Positions 40,765-50,810 of a DNA stretch of 64,000 nucleotides are shown one piece after another; position 1 is the first letter of the stretch, and every line of letters starts with the position of its first letter. A model generated the notes under the pieces. The model was not told where the DNA came from. It was given only the letters and a program-made list of their open reading frames with translations, and searched no databases. Source of the DNA: a bacterium (lineage in GTDB: Bacteria > SAR324 > NAC60-12); the NCBI GenBank assembly GCA_965233585.1, contig CBDDTI010000747.1, forward strand, positions 576,001 through 640,000, given 5' to 3'. The position numbers and the translations under genes were made by a program.

Positions 40765-42209
40765 ATCCTAATGCCAGATACACTCTTGTTGGCATTGCTT
40801 TTTCTGTTTTGGTGATTGCATTAGCCGCCATTATTTTATGGATGTCTAACCTTTCATCAAATCAAGAATTAAAACTCTACTCCTCCTTTTTGCAAGAGGC
40901 TGTCTCTGGATTGTCTCCTCAAGCGCCTGTGAAATATAATGGGGTAGATGTTGGCTTTGTGCAGGATATTCGTATCTCTCAAGAACGAAACAATCAGATT
41001 GAGCTAGTGCTGGCGATTGATTCCAAAGTGGTGATTCGTGAAAATGACCGAGTCATCTTAACCTCACAGGGCATTACAGGCTTGCAATATATTGAAATCA
41101 AAGGGAGTATAGCACCATCTGCTCCTGTTGAAGTAACAACAGGCAATGACCACCCTGTCATTCTCTCGCAACCTTCTACATTCCAAGAGATTCGCTCTTC
41201 CATTGACCCTGTCATCAAAAACATTGGGCAGACAACAGAAAAATTTAGTCAAATTTTAGAACAAACAGACTCGCAAAAAATAGATGAAATCATAGACAAT
41301 ATTCACGCCTTGACCTCCATGCTTGCAACTGAATCTAAGCCTATTGTGCAAAAGGTTAGTACTATCACTACCAATGCTGAACAAACTTCTGTTGACTTCA
41401 AACAAGTGATGAAAGATGTCAAGTTGTTGACAAAGGAGGTGTTGAAAACCAATAAAAATGTCAAAAACACCATTCAAACATTAGAAAAATCTGTCAAGAC
41501 ACTGACCAAACAAGTCAATCAATCCCTACAAACAACCGTTCCCAAATTAGAACAGTCTTTAGAGGAAGTAGATTCCTTACTGGTGGAAGTGAAGGCGACA
41601 TCGCAACAAGCCAAAGTTTTTATGAGTTCTTTGGAACAGACCAGAAACCAAGTCAATCAATTACTTCAAAAATCAAATTCCGCAATAGACCAAGTCCAGT
41701 TTGCCAGTATCAACCAAGAATTACAGAACACTCTGGCAGAAATTCAATCACTTTCCCAAACCATTCAAACTACTCTGACAGAAGTCAAACCTGCTCAAAC
41801 TAGCCAAGAATTACAGAACACTCTGGCAGAAATTCAATCGCTTTCCCAGACCATTCAAACTACTCTGACGGAAGTCAAACCTGCTCAAACTAGCCAAGAA
41901 TTACAGAACACTCTGGCAGAAATTCAATCACTTTCCCAGACCATTCAAACTACTCTGACAGAAGTTAAACCTGCTCAAACTAGCCAAGAATTACAGAACA
42001 CTCTGGCAGAAATTCAATCGCTTTCCCAAACCATTCAAACTGCTCTGACAGAAGTCAATGTTTCTGAAACAGGAGAAAACGTTCGTCAGACACTCAAAAA
42101 TTTACAACAGGCTACTCAATCCTTGATACAAACGGCAGAAACACTCAATCAAAGTCCCTCCTCTCTTATCTTTAGCGACCCAAAAAAAGAAGTCCAAATT
42201 CTGCCTTAA
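40761..42209 (+). CDS. mlaD: MlaD/MCE-domain protein with long helical extension containing tandem repeats
   Basis: N-terminal TM, VSGLSPQAPVKYNGVDVG, QGITGLQYIEI, terminal PSSLIF motif. Confidence 0.85.
   Translation: MNPNARYTLVGIAFSVLVIALAAIILWMSNLSSNQELKLYSSFLQEAVSGLSPQAPVKYNGVDVGFVQDIRISQERNNQIELVLAIDSKVVIRENDRVILTSQGITGLQYIEIKGSIAPSAPVEVTTGNDHPVILSQPSTFQEIRSSIDPVIKNIGQTTEKFSQILEQTDSQKIDEIIDNIHALTSMLATESKPIVQKVSTITTNAEQTSVDFKQVMKDVKLLTKEVLKTNKNVKNTIQTLEKSVKTLTKQVNQSLQTTVPKLEQSLEEVDSLLVEVKATSQQAKVFMSSLEQTRNQVNQLLQKSNSAIDQVQFASINQELQNTLAEIQSLSQTIQTTLTEVKPAQTSQELQNTLAEIQSLSQTIQTTLTEVKPAQTSQELQNTLAEIQSLSQTIQTTLTEVKPAQTSQELQNTLAEIQSLSQTIQTALTEVNVSETGENVRQTLKNLQQATQSLIQTAETLNQSPSSLIFSDPKKEVQILP
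41714..42058 (+). repeat. 90-bp coding tandem repeat, about 3.8 copies (30-aa unit)
   Basis: Units start at 41714, 41804, 41894 and 41984 and encode QELQNTLAEIQSLSQTIQTTLTEVKPAQTS; few, mostly synonymous differences. Confidence 0.97.
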
Positions 42210-42332
42210 TCCAATGCACAATATTTGCATCTCACTTGTCGTCTTGTTCTAAATTTTTTCACATTTTTTGTTTTGCGTAAATTTTATGCAGAATTGAAAA
42301 ATAGGTTGAAGCCAGCTTCTTAACTCTCAAAC

Positions 42333-43100
42333 ATGGCTAAACGAATTTGCCTACAAATAGCTGTTTTGACGATCTGGTGCATACACGTCCATGCTCAGCA
42401 AGTTGAAAATGACCAACTTGAAATCACCTATCAAATTTTAGAACCATTTCTGATTAAAAATGTCGGGCTTTCTGAACAAGCAGATGAAAGAGTCCGTGAT
42501 AGCAAGGGGTATGGTCTTCTTTATGTGTTGGGATTAGGTGAAGTTTTAGGACTGACTGCCAGCACAACATCAGTCCGTTACAAAGCCCGCATCTACCATT
42601 CTGCCGACTTGAAGCTAGAAGGAGAACACCCCGAATATGACTACTTTATCCAAGAAGTCAAATATTTGGATTACAACATTGACCTTGAAGTCAACACCAT
42701 ACGTTATGGAATGAGGCTTTCAGGGGGACTTTATAGTTTAGTAGGTCTCACCGTGCGTTCAGAACCTAAAGTTTTTATAGAAGGAGGCATGACCTCTAGT
42801 GCGGTCAAAGGTACTGTTGATTTGGTTTTGGAAGACGAAGAAGAACCTGTTGCCAGTTTGAAAGCAGTGAAAAGTGACGACCAACACTATTGGCTTGCAG
42901 GCGTTGTCATCGCTGTGACCGAACATATTCATTTTTCTTTTTATTCCAAAAAAGAAGAAACTTATAGGCTACAAGTGGAAAGTTGCAACTCTGTGAAGTT
43001 AGGCATCACAGGTTGTGATGGCATCAAAAAGAAAGCAGATGAGAAAAAACAATATGACTTCATTTCTTCTATCAGTTTCAGTATCGGCACAAATTGGTAA
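42333..43100 (+). CDS. Exported hypothetical protein, possibly an outer-membrane beta-barrel
   Basis: Signal peptide ending VHA, beta-strand-rich sequence, C-terminal ISFSIGTNW. Confidence 0.55.
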   Translation: MAKRICLQIAVLTIWCIHVHAQQVENDQLEITYQILEPFLIKNVGLSEQADERVRDSKGYGLLYVLGLGEVLGLTASTTSVRYKARIYHSADLKLEGEHPEYDYFIQEVKYLDYNIDLEVNTIRYGMRLSGGLYSLVGLTVRSEPKVFIEGGMTSSAVKGTVDLVLEDEEEPVASLKAVKSDDQHYWLAGVVIAVTEHIHFSFYSKKEETYRLQVESCNSVKLGITGCDGIKKKADEKKQYDFISSISFSIGTNW

Positions 43101-43103
43101 AAG

Positions 43104-44477
43104 TTACCTTTGATAGGCAGTGTGTTGCTTTCTACGTCTGTTGGTAAAGTATTCGCTGGTGTCTTTAGAAACTAGCTCATAGAGAATTGCCCGTTTTTTA
43201 GGTGCGGCACGCAAGATTCTACCAAGCCTCTGCACATGCTCGCGGACACTTCCACTGCCTGACACAATGATCGCAATGCTTGCCTCTGGAACGTCAACTC
43301 CTTCATTTAAAACTTTGGAGGTCATCAGTACTGGGTAAGCTCCTGTGCGGAATTTGCTCAGCAAATCCTCTCTTTCTTTTGTCTTGGTGTGATGGGTGAG
43401 TATTGGAAGAAAAAATAAATTTCCAAGGCGATATGCCATGTCATTATCTTGTGTGAAAACAAGGATTCTTTCTCCATGATGTTTTTGAATGAGTGACCAA
43501 ACAGTGTCAAGTTTGGACTCTGACGCCTGACTGAGTTTCTTTTGCAGTAAATAGGCTTCAAAGGCTTCTCGTCCAAATTGAGAACGGCTACTTTTCCATA
43601 AAAATTGACTCCAACCGTTCTTGCTTCCAAAATTGATACGTTCTGCACGAATAAAATTGATGTAAACACTGCGTGCCTTGTCATATTCCAGACGCTCGGA
43701 CTCACTTAATTCTACTTCCATCGTGACAATGTCATAAGGTGCAAGTGTTCTGCCTTCTAACTCTGTGACATCAGTTTCATAGCAAAGTTGTCCGCAAATG
43801 TCATAAAGAATGGACTCCCGCCCATCTGCACGTTCAGGGGTTGCACTTAAACCCAGACGAAAAGGTGCAATGGAGGCAATGGCAATATGCTGAAACCTCT
43901 CACTTGGCAGATGGTGGCATTCATCAAAAACAACCATGCCAAAACGATTGCCAATGCGGTCAATGTGAATCAAAGCAGAGTCATAAGTTGTGACAGTCAA
44001 ATCTTCTATCTCGTGATAGCCTCCTCCAAGCAATCCAACAGGCACGTTGAAAAACTCTTGCATTGTGCTGTGCCACTGTCTCATCAAATCTATTGTAGGA
44101 ACATGCACCAATGTTGGACGCTGCGTTGCTTGAATGGCAAACATTGCCAAAATCGTCTTGCCTGCACCTGTTGGCAAAGAAATCACACCTTGCTGTCCTG
44201 ACTTTGTCCAACTAGCCAATGCTTCCGACTGATAAGGACGCAGTGGAATTTGCTGTTTAAAAGCGAGCGTCAAGGGTGAGAACTGCTTGGCTTGGTCTTC
44301 ATAAGGAATGCCTTGCTGATGCAAAGTCATTGCAATAGAGCGGTAAAAGTAGGCAGGAGAACGTAGCATTTGAGTGCGAACGTCCCATTGCACACCATGT
44401 AATCCCAATGGATTGTGCTTGGAGTAGTTTTGCAAAAGTAGTGTTCCTTTGTCAAACTCAAGTAAGATTTTGCTCAT
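43104..44477 (-). CDS. XPB/Rad25-like SF2 helicase (start probably ATG 44477)
   Basis: LRPYQ, PTGAGKT, DECHH, LSATPER, VLNEGVDVP, QRLGRILR. Confidence 0.9.
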   Translation of the reverse strand: MSKILLEFDKGTLLLQNYSKHNPLGLHGVQWDVRTQMLRSPAYFYRSIAMTLHQQGIPYEDQAKQFSPLTLAFKQQIPLRPYQSEALASWTKSGQQGVISLPTGAGKTILAMFAIQATQRPTLVHVPTIDLMRQWHSTMQEFFNVPVGLLGGGYHEIEDLTVTTYDSALIHIDRIGNRFGMVVFDECHHLPSERFQHIAIASIAPFRLGLSATPERADGRESILYDICGQLCYETDVTELEGRTLAPYDIVTMEVELSESERLEYDKARSVYINFIRAERINFGSKNGWSQFLWKSSRSQFGREAFEAYLLQKKLSQASESKLDTVWSLIQKHHGERILVFTQDNDMAYRLGNLFFLPILTHHTKTKEREDLLSKFRTGAYPVLMTSKVLNEGVDVPEASIAIIVSGSGSVREHVQRLGRILRAAPKKRAILYELVSKDTSEYFTNRRRKQHTAYQR

Positions 44478-45648
44478 GGCAAGCAATTAAATTCATGGTT
44501 TGTTGGGCAATCTCATATTCTTCATTGGTTGGAATCACCAACACTTTGACAGGATTTTGCTGTTTTGAGATGCAACGGGCTTCTTTTGATGACTTTTGAT
44601 TGAAGTTTGAGTCAAGCTCAATTCCCAATGCTTGCAAGTTTTCACAGACTTTTTGACGCACTAGCACAGAATTTTCACCAACTCCTGCAGTAAAAATCAA
44701 GGCATCAAGACCACCCAAAACGGCAAAGTATGAGCCAATGTATTTTTGAATGCGATAAGCATAAAGGTTTAGTGCCAACTTGGCTTCATGGCGTCCCTCT
44801 TTTATCTGTTGTTCAATCGTTCTCAAATCATTTTCTCCGCAAATCCCTTTGAGACCACTTTGACGATTCAGCAAATGCTCTAACTCTTTGAACTCCACGA
44901 TTTGATTTTGTAGCAAATACATCAAAATTGCAGGGTCTAAATCACCACAACGGCTTCCCATCATCAAACCTTCTAGGGGCGTCATGCCCATTGAAGTATC
45001 TATGCTTTGACCTCCACGAATTGCACAGGCACTGCAACCGTTTCCAAGATGCAAAGAAATCAACTTCAATTCTTCAAGAGGTTGTTCTAAGAACTCTGCC
45101 GCTTTTTTGGCAACGTATCCATGAGACTGCCCATGAAAGCCATAACGTCTGACTTGATGTTGCAAATAAAGAGACTCTGGCAGCGCATAACGATAAGCAT
45201 GAGCAGGAATGCTTTGATGGAAGGCGGTGTCAAAGACTGCCACTTGAGGCACTTGAAACAATTCTTGAGTAATCTCAATGCCTGCCAGATTAGAAGGATT
45301 ATGCAATGGTGCAAGGCAAGCAGATTTTTGGATTTTGGCAAGAACACTTTCGTCCACCACCACTGCACTAGAAAAATCTTCTCCTCCATGCACCACACGA
45401 TGCCCAACCGCATCAATTCCTTCAAGCCCTTCTTTGCTCAACAACTCTGCCATCATTTGTAAACCCTTCCTGTGGGATTCAATTTGTCTCTTTTCCTGCA
45501 CCTGCACACGCTTGCTTTGGTAAACAAAATGAGACTCTGCTGTGCCAATTTCTTCAATCAAACCATGAATGAAACAATGGTCTTCCATCATGTCAAAGAG
45601 TTGAAACTTGATTGAAGAACTGCCCGTGTTAATCACTAAAATTTTCAT
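44458..45648 (-). CDS. ackA: Acetate kinase
   Basis: VINTGSSSIK, GHRVVHGG, APLHNP, FDTAFH, HLGNG, PTNEE. Confidence 0.97.
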   Translation of the reverse strand: MKILVINTGSSSIKFQLFDMMEDHCFIHGLIEEIGTAESHFVYQSKRVQVQEKRQIESHRKGLQMMAELLSKEGLEGIDAVGHRVVHGGEDFSSAVVVDESVLAKIQKSACLAPLHNPSNLAGIEITQELFQVPQVAVFDTAFHQSIPAHAYRYALPESLYLQHQVRRYGFHGQSHGYVAKKAAEFLEQPLEELKLISLHLGNGCSACAIRGGQSIDTSMGMTPLEGLMMGSRCGDLDPAILMYLLQNQIVEFKELEHLLNRQSGLKGICGENDLRTIEQQIKEGRHEAKLALNLYAYRIQKYIGSYFAVLGGLDALIFTAGVGENSVLVRQKVCENLQALGIELDSNFNQKSSKEARCISKQQNPVKVLVIPTNEEYEIAQQTMNLIACHEQNLT

Positions 45649-45876
45649 AAAATGTCTTTCCTTTTTTAAAATCTTTTGAGGTGGTCAACTTGATTTTTTA
45701 CAAAATGAATGAACACCAAATCATCTAGTTTAGCAGACTTTTGAGAAAAAGCAGGGGAAGTCATCAAACGGAGATTGGAAGTTTCAAAAATAAATAACAA
45801 GTCTTTGGCGATTCTGTTAGACTGATTGGGTTGCAAGAACTACAAAATGATCCAAAATTTCAAAAGGAGGTGCAAA

Positions 45877-45975
45877 ATGCAAGGAGAAGAGTTAGTGATT
45901 ACTGTCATTTTGTCTGCAGGTTATATTGCCTTTGCCACATGGCTTTATTTTAAAACATCAAAAAACAAAGAGTGA
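45877..45975 (+). CDS. Unannotated 32-aa single-TM protein
   Basis: MQGEELVITVILSAGYIAFATWLYFKTSKNKE* preceded by a perfect AAGGAGGT Shine-Dalgarno. Confidence 0.65.
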   Translation: MQGEELVITVILSAGYIAFATWLYFKTSKNKE

Positions 45976-45987
45976 CAAAGAGTAACC

Positions 45988-46209
45988 ATGACTAATCCGT
46001 TGGCTCTGACTCTTCTTTCCATACTAGGATATTGGTTGATTATTATCCCTTTGTTTTTTATGTTACTTATCTGGGCATTAATCGCCGTAATCCGACTGCC
46101 ACGTCTCATCAAAAAACAATCTCAGCAAAACCGAGACTTCCAAAATGCTTTGCTAGAAAGATTGGAGAAATTGGAACAGACACAACTTAAACCCGAAGCC
46201 AGTGAGTGA
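45988..46209 (+). CDS. Small membrane protein (TM plus coiled-coil tail)
   Basis: Long hydrophobic N-terminus and charged helical C-terminus; overlaps the start of the CDF gene. Confidence 0.55.
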   Translation: MTNPLALTLLSILGYWLIIIPLFFMLLIWALIAVIRLPRLIKKQSQQNRDFQNALLERLEKLEQTQLKPEASE

Positions 46210-47095
46210 CCATCATCATCATTCCTGCCATTCTTACCAGACTCAACAAGGATTACTTGTTGTCTTCCTTCTGAACCTTACCTTTACCATCATTGAGTTT
46301 ACAGGCGGTGCGTACGTCAATAGCATTGCGATTTTATCTGATGCAATCCACGATTTAGGAGACACTTTTGCCATTGGTTCTGCATGGGCGATTAGTAAAA
46401 TCGCAGTCAAGCAGCGCGATGAGCAATTTTCTTATGGCTATGGTCGTATGACGTTGTTTTCATCTCTCATCAGTGCAGGGGTGATTATTTCAGGCAGCGC
46501 AGTTGTCATTTTCAATGCTATTCCTCGCCTCATAGAGCCTCAAGCAATTCAAACTGAAGGAATGATCTTGCTTGCGATTTTGGGAATTTTGTTTAATAGT
46601 GTTGCTTTTTTCAAAATGAAGTTTGGACACTCTATCAACGAGCGTCTAGTCATGTGGCATTTGTTAGAAGATGCACTGGGCTGGGGTGTGACGTTGATTG
46701 GTTCAATCGTCATTCATTTTTGGGGGATTTTATGGCTTGACTCCATTCTTGCGATTTTGTTGGCATTGTTTATTCTGCGTCATGTCATCTTGCACCTCAA
46801 ACATGCCCTTGCCCTACTGATGCAAGGAGTGCCTGAAAATGTCAACTGTCAAGAGTTAGAAGAAAGTCTCATGGACATCAAGCAAGTCTCCCAAATTCAC
46901 GATATGCACTTGTGGTCTCTTGATGGTTCATATCATATTTTAAGCCTGCATGTTGTCATGGAACAAAGGTTGTCCTTTGAAGAACAAATCATGCTGAAGC
47001 AAAACATACGGCAATGTGCTAAATCCTTTCAGATTCAGCATGCCACCATTGAACTAGAAACGGCACAAGAACAATGTGAATTAGAATCATGTTAA
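46202..47095 (+). CDS. Cation diffusion facilitator (CzcD/ZitB-like Zn/Co/Cd efflux)
   Basis: His-rich N-terminus, SDAIHDLGD, FSYGYGR, HLLED, HDMHLWSLD, HATIE. Confidence 0.93.
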   Translation: MSDHHHHSCHSYQTQQGLLVVFLLNLTFTIIEFTGGAYVNSIAILSDAIHDLGDTFAIGSAWAISKIAVKQRDEQFSYGYGRMTLFSSLISAGVIISGSAVVIFNAIPRLIEPQAIQTEGMILLAILGILFNSVAFFKMKFGHSINERLVMWHLLEDALGWGVTLIGSIVIHFWGILWLDSILAILLALFILRHVILHLKHALALLMQGVPENVNCQELEESLMDIKQVSQIHDMHLWSLDGSYHILSLHVVMEQRLSFEEQIMLKQNIRQCAKSFQIQHATIELETAQEQCELESC

Positions 47096-47988
47096 ATTGG
47101 AATCAACACCACTTTTTGCTCACTGGAGTCACAGGCTTTTTGGGCAGGCATTTATCTAAACGACTCCTCCAACAAGGGGCAAAGGTCAGTGCTATTTGCC
47201 GTCCCTCATCTGATTTGTCCAAACTACCGCAAGGCGTGCAAAGCATCATAGATGATGGCTCACACTCCAAATTCATCACAAGTTGTGAACAACAATCTAT
47301 TTCAGCAGTGATTCATCTTGCCACAGAGTTTGTTGGCACACACACGCCAGACCATATCGCTTTGTTGATTGAGACCAACGTTAGTTTTGCAACTCGTGTG
47401 TTTGAAGTCGCATCTCGTTTAAAAGTCCCTATCATCAACACTGGAACTTATGCAGAACACTATGAAAACTCCCCATACTTTCCAATCAACCTTTACGCAG
47501 CCACGAAACATGCGGCACAAAACATTCTTGAGTATTACGCAAAAGTTGAGGAACTCCCTGCTCTCACTTTGAAACTCTTTGACATTTACGGACCTCAAGA
47601 CACAAGACCTAAAATTCTTAACCTGCTCAAAAAGATTGCAACAAGCGGTGAGGAATTGGAAATGACAGCAGGAGAACAGCTTTTTGACCTTGTGCATGTG
47701 AACGATGTTTGTAGGGCGTATGAAGTGGCTTTGCAAAAATTACTGTCTCAACAAACAACAAGCCATCAGATTTATGCAGTTTCTGGTGGCGATAGAAAAA
47801 CATTGAAAGAAGTTGTCAGGCTGTTTGAAAAAGTTTGCAATGTCTCATGCCGTATCAAATGGGGGGCAAAACCCTACAAAGCAAAAGAAGTCATGATTCC
47901 TTGGGACACTTTCCAACCATTAGAAAATTGGCACGCAGAGATTTCTTTAAAAGAAGGCTTTCAAACGTTGCTTGAAGAAAAGAGGTAA
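47089..47988 (+). CDS. NAD-dependent epimerase/dehydratase (CDP-abequose/paratose synthase-like)
   Basis: TGVTGFLG, VIHLAT, NLYAATK, YGPQD, GEQLFDLVHVNDV. Confidence 0.82.
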   Translation: MLNWNQHHFLLTGVTGFLGRHLSKRLLQQGAKVSAICRPSSDLSKLPQGVQSIIDDGSHSKFITSCEQQSISAVIHLATEFVGTHTPDHIALLIETNVSFATRVFEVASRLKVPIINTGTYAEHYENSPYFPINLYAATKHAAQNILEYYAKVEELPALTLKLFDIYGPQDTRPKILNLLKKIATSGEELEMTAGEQLFDLVHVNDVCRAYEVALQKLLSQQTTSHQIYAVSGGDRKTLKEVVRLFEKVCNVSCRIKWGAKPYKAKEVMIPWDTFQPLENWHAEISLKEGFQTLLEEKR

Positions 47989-48112
47989 CCTTGTTCGTTT
48001 TGGGGCATTGTTACCGGCAACTCTCCCAATCTGCTCATTTTTTCAACTTTTCACAGAAACAGATTTCAAACCCGTCCCCCTGCAAAACTCCAAATTACCA
48101 GAAGGTGAGTGT

Positions 48113-48330
48113 TCAGGATTCCAATGCCTCCAGCTGTAGCTGCAACGAAGCAGATGTGATGACCTGTAATTCTCCAGCTTGTTCTTGAAAAAGATAAATA
48201 CCTTCTTCTTCTGCTTCACTGATGAGTTCATCATAAAAGATTTCTCCTGCCAAACCGCAATGAATTGTATAGTCTTGATAACTTGGAAACAACTTGAGGG
48301 GTTTAACTTTATAAAAGTGGAAGTCAAAGA
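48113..48330 (-). pseudogene. Possible C-terminal remnant of a DUF3782-like/PD-(D/E)xK family protein
   Basis: A frame not shown in the ORF track reads KLFPSYQDYTIHCGLAGEIFYDELISEAEEEGIYLFQEQAGELQVI, resembling the 'LFPEY..GLA..A...GIY' tail of that family; no credible start. Confidence 0.4.
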
Positions 48331-48480
48331 AAATGAATGATAATGAAATCTATGAATTTATGTTTTGAGGTATAATTGAAATTTGGAACATAGAGCGATA
48401 AACAGTTTTAGCATTTGCCATAAATCCTGTAAAATATCCCATTCGTTCAAATGTTGAAGCCTTCAAAAAACAATTAGTAG

Positions 48481-49002
48481 ATGAGTCAGAATCTTCTTTT
48501 AATGGGACCTCCGGGTGCTGGAAAAACAGTCACTTCCCAAGCATTGTCTGCACTTTTGCAAATGCCTGTGATTGACATTGACGATGATCTTTTAGAGCCT
48601 TTGTGGGGGTGTTCAATAGAAGAAAAGTTAATGCAGGTTGGGACAAAGGAGTTTTTAGAGTTAGAAGGACAAGCCGCTTGTTCTCTTCATGCTGAAAAGA
48701 GCATCATTTCGCTGTCGGGGTCAAATCCTCTGCATGAAAAAGGAATGAGGCATCTTTGTTCATTAGGTCAAATCATTTATTTGAAGTCTAGTTTTAAGGT
48801 GGTGGAAGCGTTTCTTGCACGGATGAAAACAGGTCGGATTGTCAAGGAGCAGCATCAAAGTTTGGAAGAGGTCTTTGCCTATCGTGAAACCTTTTATGAA
48901 AAGTATGCTGATGAGACCATTTTGATTGATGGCTCCAAAACGCCTGAAGAGATCGCGTTGCAGGTCAGCCAGTTGGAGTGTGTTAGAAGTTTGAAAAGCT
49001 AG
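48481..49002 (+). CDS. aroK: Shikimate kinase
   Basis: LMGPPGAGKT, DIDD, F..LE, R...YEKYAD. Confidence 0.82.
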   Translation: MSQNLLLMGPPGAGKTVTSQALSALLQMPVIDIDDDLLEPLWGCSIEEKLMQVGTKEFLELEGQAACSLHAEKSIISLSGSNPLHEKGMRHLCSLGQIIYLKSSFKVVEAFLARMKTGRIVKEQHQSLEEVFAYRETFYEKYADETILIDGSKTPEEIALQVSQLECVRSLKS

Positions 49003-49520
49003 CGGGCAACCAGCTTTTTGAATTTGACAACAGAATCTAAGGCAAGATGCGTGTACCAACCTGCAATGCAAGCAATGACTAGCCATACATGCGAAGATAG
49101 CACGTGAAGTGTTCCGTCCACTGACCATTGATACAACTCTGCTTGTCCTGCATAAAAGTATTCATATCCCACTGCAACAATAATCGGAAAGATGAAAGGA
49201 ATGATTGGGTGATGTGTCCACGAGCGATGATGGTCTAAAAGAGGCAAAATAGAAACAATGGCGATACTCGTCGCCAGAGAGTATTGTTTGGTAAAAAACA
49301 AAAAGGCAAGAATCACAAAAATCCCGCGAAAAAACCAACGTTGGGGAATAGAACTGGTGTCGGTGTCTGGGTATAGACTAAAAAAGAATCCTGTTGCCCA
49401 AATCATCATTGTATATTTCCACAAAATCGGCTCACTTCCCACAACTTGAGTTGCCACTGCACCCAATGTAATTGCTGTTGCTGTGACCGTTCCTCCAATC
49501 GCATGTGCTGAAAAGTTCAT
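48999..49520 (-). CDS. Membrane-bound metal-dependent hydrolase (YdjM-like)
   Basis: N-terminal His, PDTD, HRSWTH, HLALD. Confidence 0.8.
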   Translation of the reverse strand: MNFSAHAIGGTVTATAITLGAVATQVVGSEPILWKYTMMIWATGFFFSLYPDTDTSSIPQRWFFRGIFVILAFLFFTKQYSLATSIAIVSILPLLDHHRSWTHHPIIPFIFPIIVAVGYEYFYAGQAELYQWSVDGTLHVLSSHVWLVIACIAGWYTHLALDSVVKFKKLVAR

Positions 49521-49671
49521 AATCTAATCCATCTAAAAGGTTGTATAAAGAATGTTTCTGGCTTCTACAACCAACAGCAAAAACTAGACCATCAACCTAT
49601 TTCATTGCAATTTTAGAAAAGAGAAGGCAAAGAAGTTTTGAAAATCTTAAAAAAAGAGATGTTTGAGCCAC

Positions 49672-50148
49672 TCACAGGAGTTGATGCAGATAAGCGGCAA
49701 TGCCAACAGCGCAATAGCCCCTAAAGGCAATACATTTGGCTTTGCCAAGCAATTTGCCCTCAGCTGAATAAGTGTAACTCCAAAAGGTGTGCCAGTCGTA
49801 AGTGCCAAGAAACAGTCCCGTTGCATCATACAATGTGCGATGCTTCGCCCAACCAACGAGCGACCTGTCCCCATCTTCTTTGACTACAAAAAGCTCAAAT
49901 CGCCCACCTAAATTGACAATTCCCACCTTCCCAAGCAGTTCTCCTGTCAATGACACAATTTCAACATAATCAATATAAATCAAAACCCTTGCCAGTGCTT
50001 TTTCGTCTGCAGATAGAATTTCTGTTTTCAGTGGTCTTCCAAGAGGTTTGCCTAATTGCAAAGAATGACCTGTTTGCAACATGACCAAAAAAGTCACCCC
50101 AATTAACACAATGACAATGATGATGGCTTTGATTATGATGTGAAACAT
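49672..50148 (-). CDS. Hypothetical membrane-anchored protein
   Basis: N-terminal TM and a beta-rich body; overlaps the upstream esterase, suggesting translational coupling. Confidence 0.55.
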   Translation of the reverse strand: MFHIIIKAIIIVIVLIGVTFLVMLQTGHSLQLGKPLGRPLKTEILSADEKALARVLIYIDYVEIVSLTGELLGKVGIVNLGGRFELFVVKEDGDRSLVGWAKHRTLYDATGLFLGTYDWHTFWSYTYSAEGKLLGKAKCIAFRGYCAVGIAAYLHQLL

Positions 50149-50798
50149 GATTGAACCCAGTTTTGAATGTCTTGTATTTCTTCAGAGCAGACTTCGTGTG
50201 CCATGGCATACTCACGCCACTGTAATTTTGCCCCCAAGCCTTCTAAGACCTGCCTTGATTCGTCAGCAATGTCATAGGGAATGACTGTGTCTTGTGTGCC
50301 ATGAGTCATCAAGATAGGCGTTTCAAGACCTTGTTTTTCAGGCATTTGTTTAGGTTTGGGAAAGTAGGTTGAAAGTGCCAGCACCCCTCCAAGTTTGACA
50401 GGATAAAACAACGAGGTATAGAGTGCGATTAATCCACCTTGTGAAAACCCACCAATGATGATGTTCTCAGACTTGATTCCTGATTCCAGCTCTTGTTGAA
50501 TGAACTTTTGAATGTGCTGACTTGATTTTTGGATTCCCTCAGCATCCACACGACTTGAACGTTCCAGAGAGACAATGTTAAACCAAGAAGGAACGGTTGC
50601 ACCACCACAGATGGTCACAGGTTGCTTGGGGGCATGTGGAAAGATAAAACGAATGGCAAGGTTGGGAATCTGCAAGTATTGAGGAAAGTCCTGAAAATCA
50701 TGCCCACTTGCACCTAAACCGTGCATGAAAATGAGGCTGACTTGAGCAGGTTCTTTAGGTTCGTACTTCAGACAATCTAAAGTTTGGGAGTCGTTCAT
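50133..50798 (-). CDS. Phospholipase/carboxylesterase (start ATG 50798)
   Basis: MHGLGASG, FIFPHAP, GGFSQGG, HGTQDTVIP, MAHEV. The longer ORF start is only translated repeat DNA. Confidence 0.92.
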   Translation of the reverse strand: MNDSQTLDCLKYEPKEPAQVSLIFMHGLGASGHDFQDFPQYLQIPNLAIRFIFPHAPKQPVTICGGATVPSWFNIVSLERSSRVDAEGIQKSSQHIQKFIQQELESGIKSENIIIGGFSQGGLIALYTSLFYPVKLGGVLALSTYFPKPKQMPEKQGLETPILMTHGTQDTVIPYDIADESRQVLEGLGAKLQWREYAMAHEVCSEEIQDIQNWVQSCFTS

Positions 50799-50810
50799 CG
50801 TTTTTTTAAG

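Noticed and set aside
41714..42058. Possible CRISPR or mobile repeat
   Set aside because: Head-to-tail in-frame coding repeat with no unique spacers.
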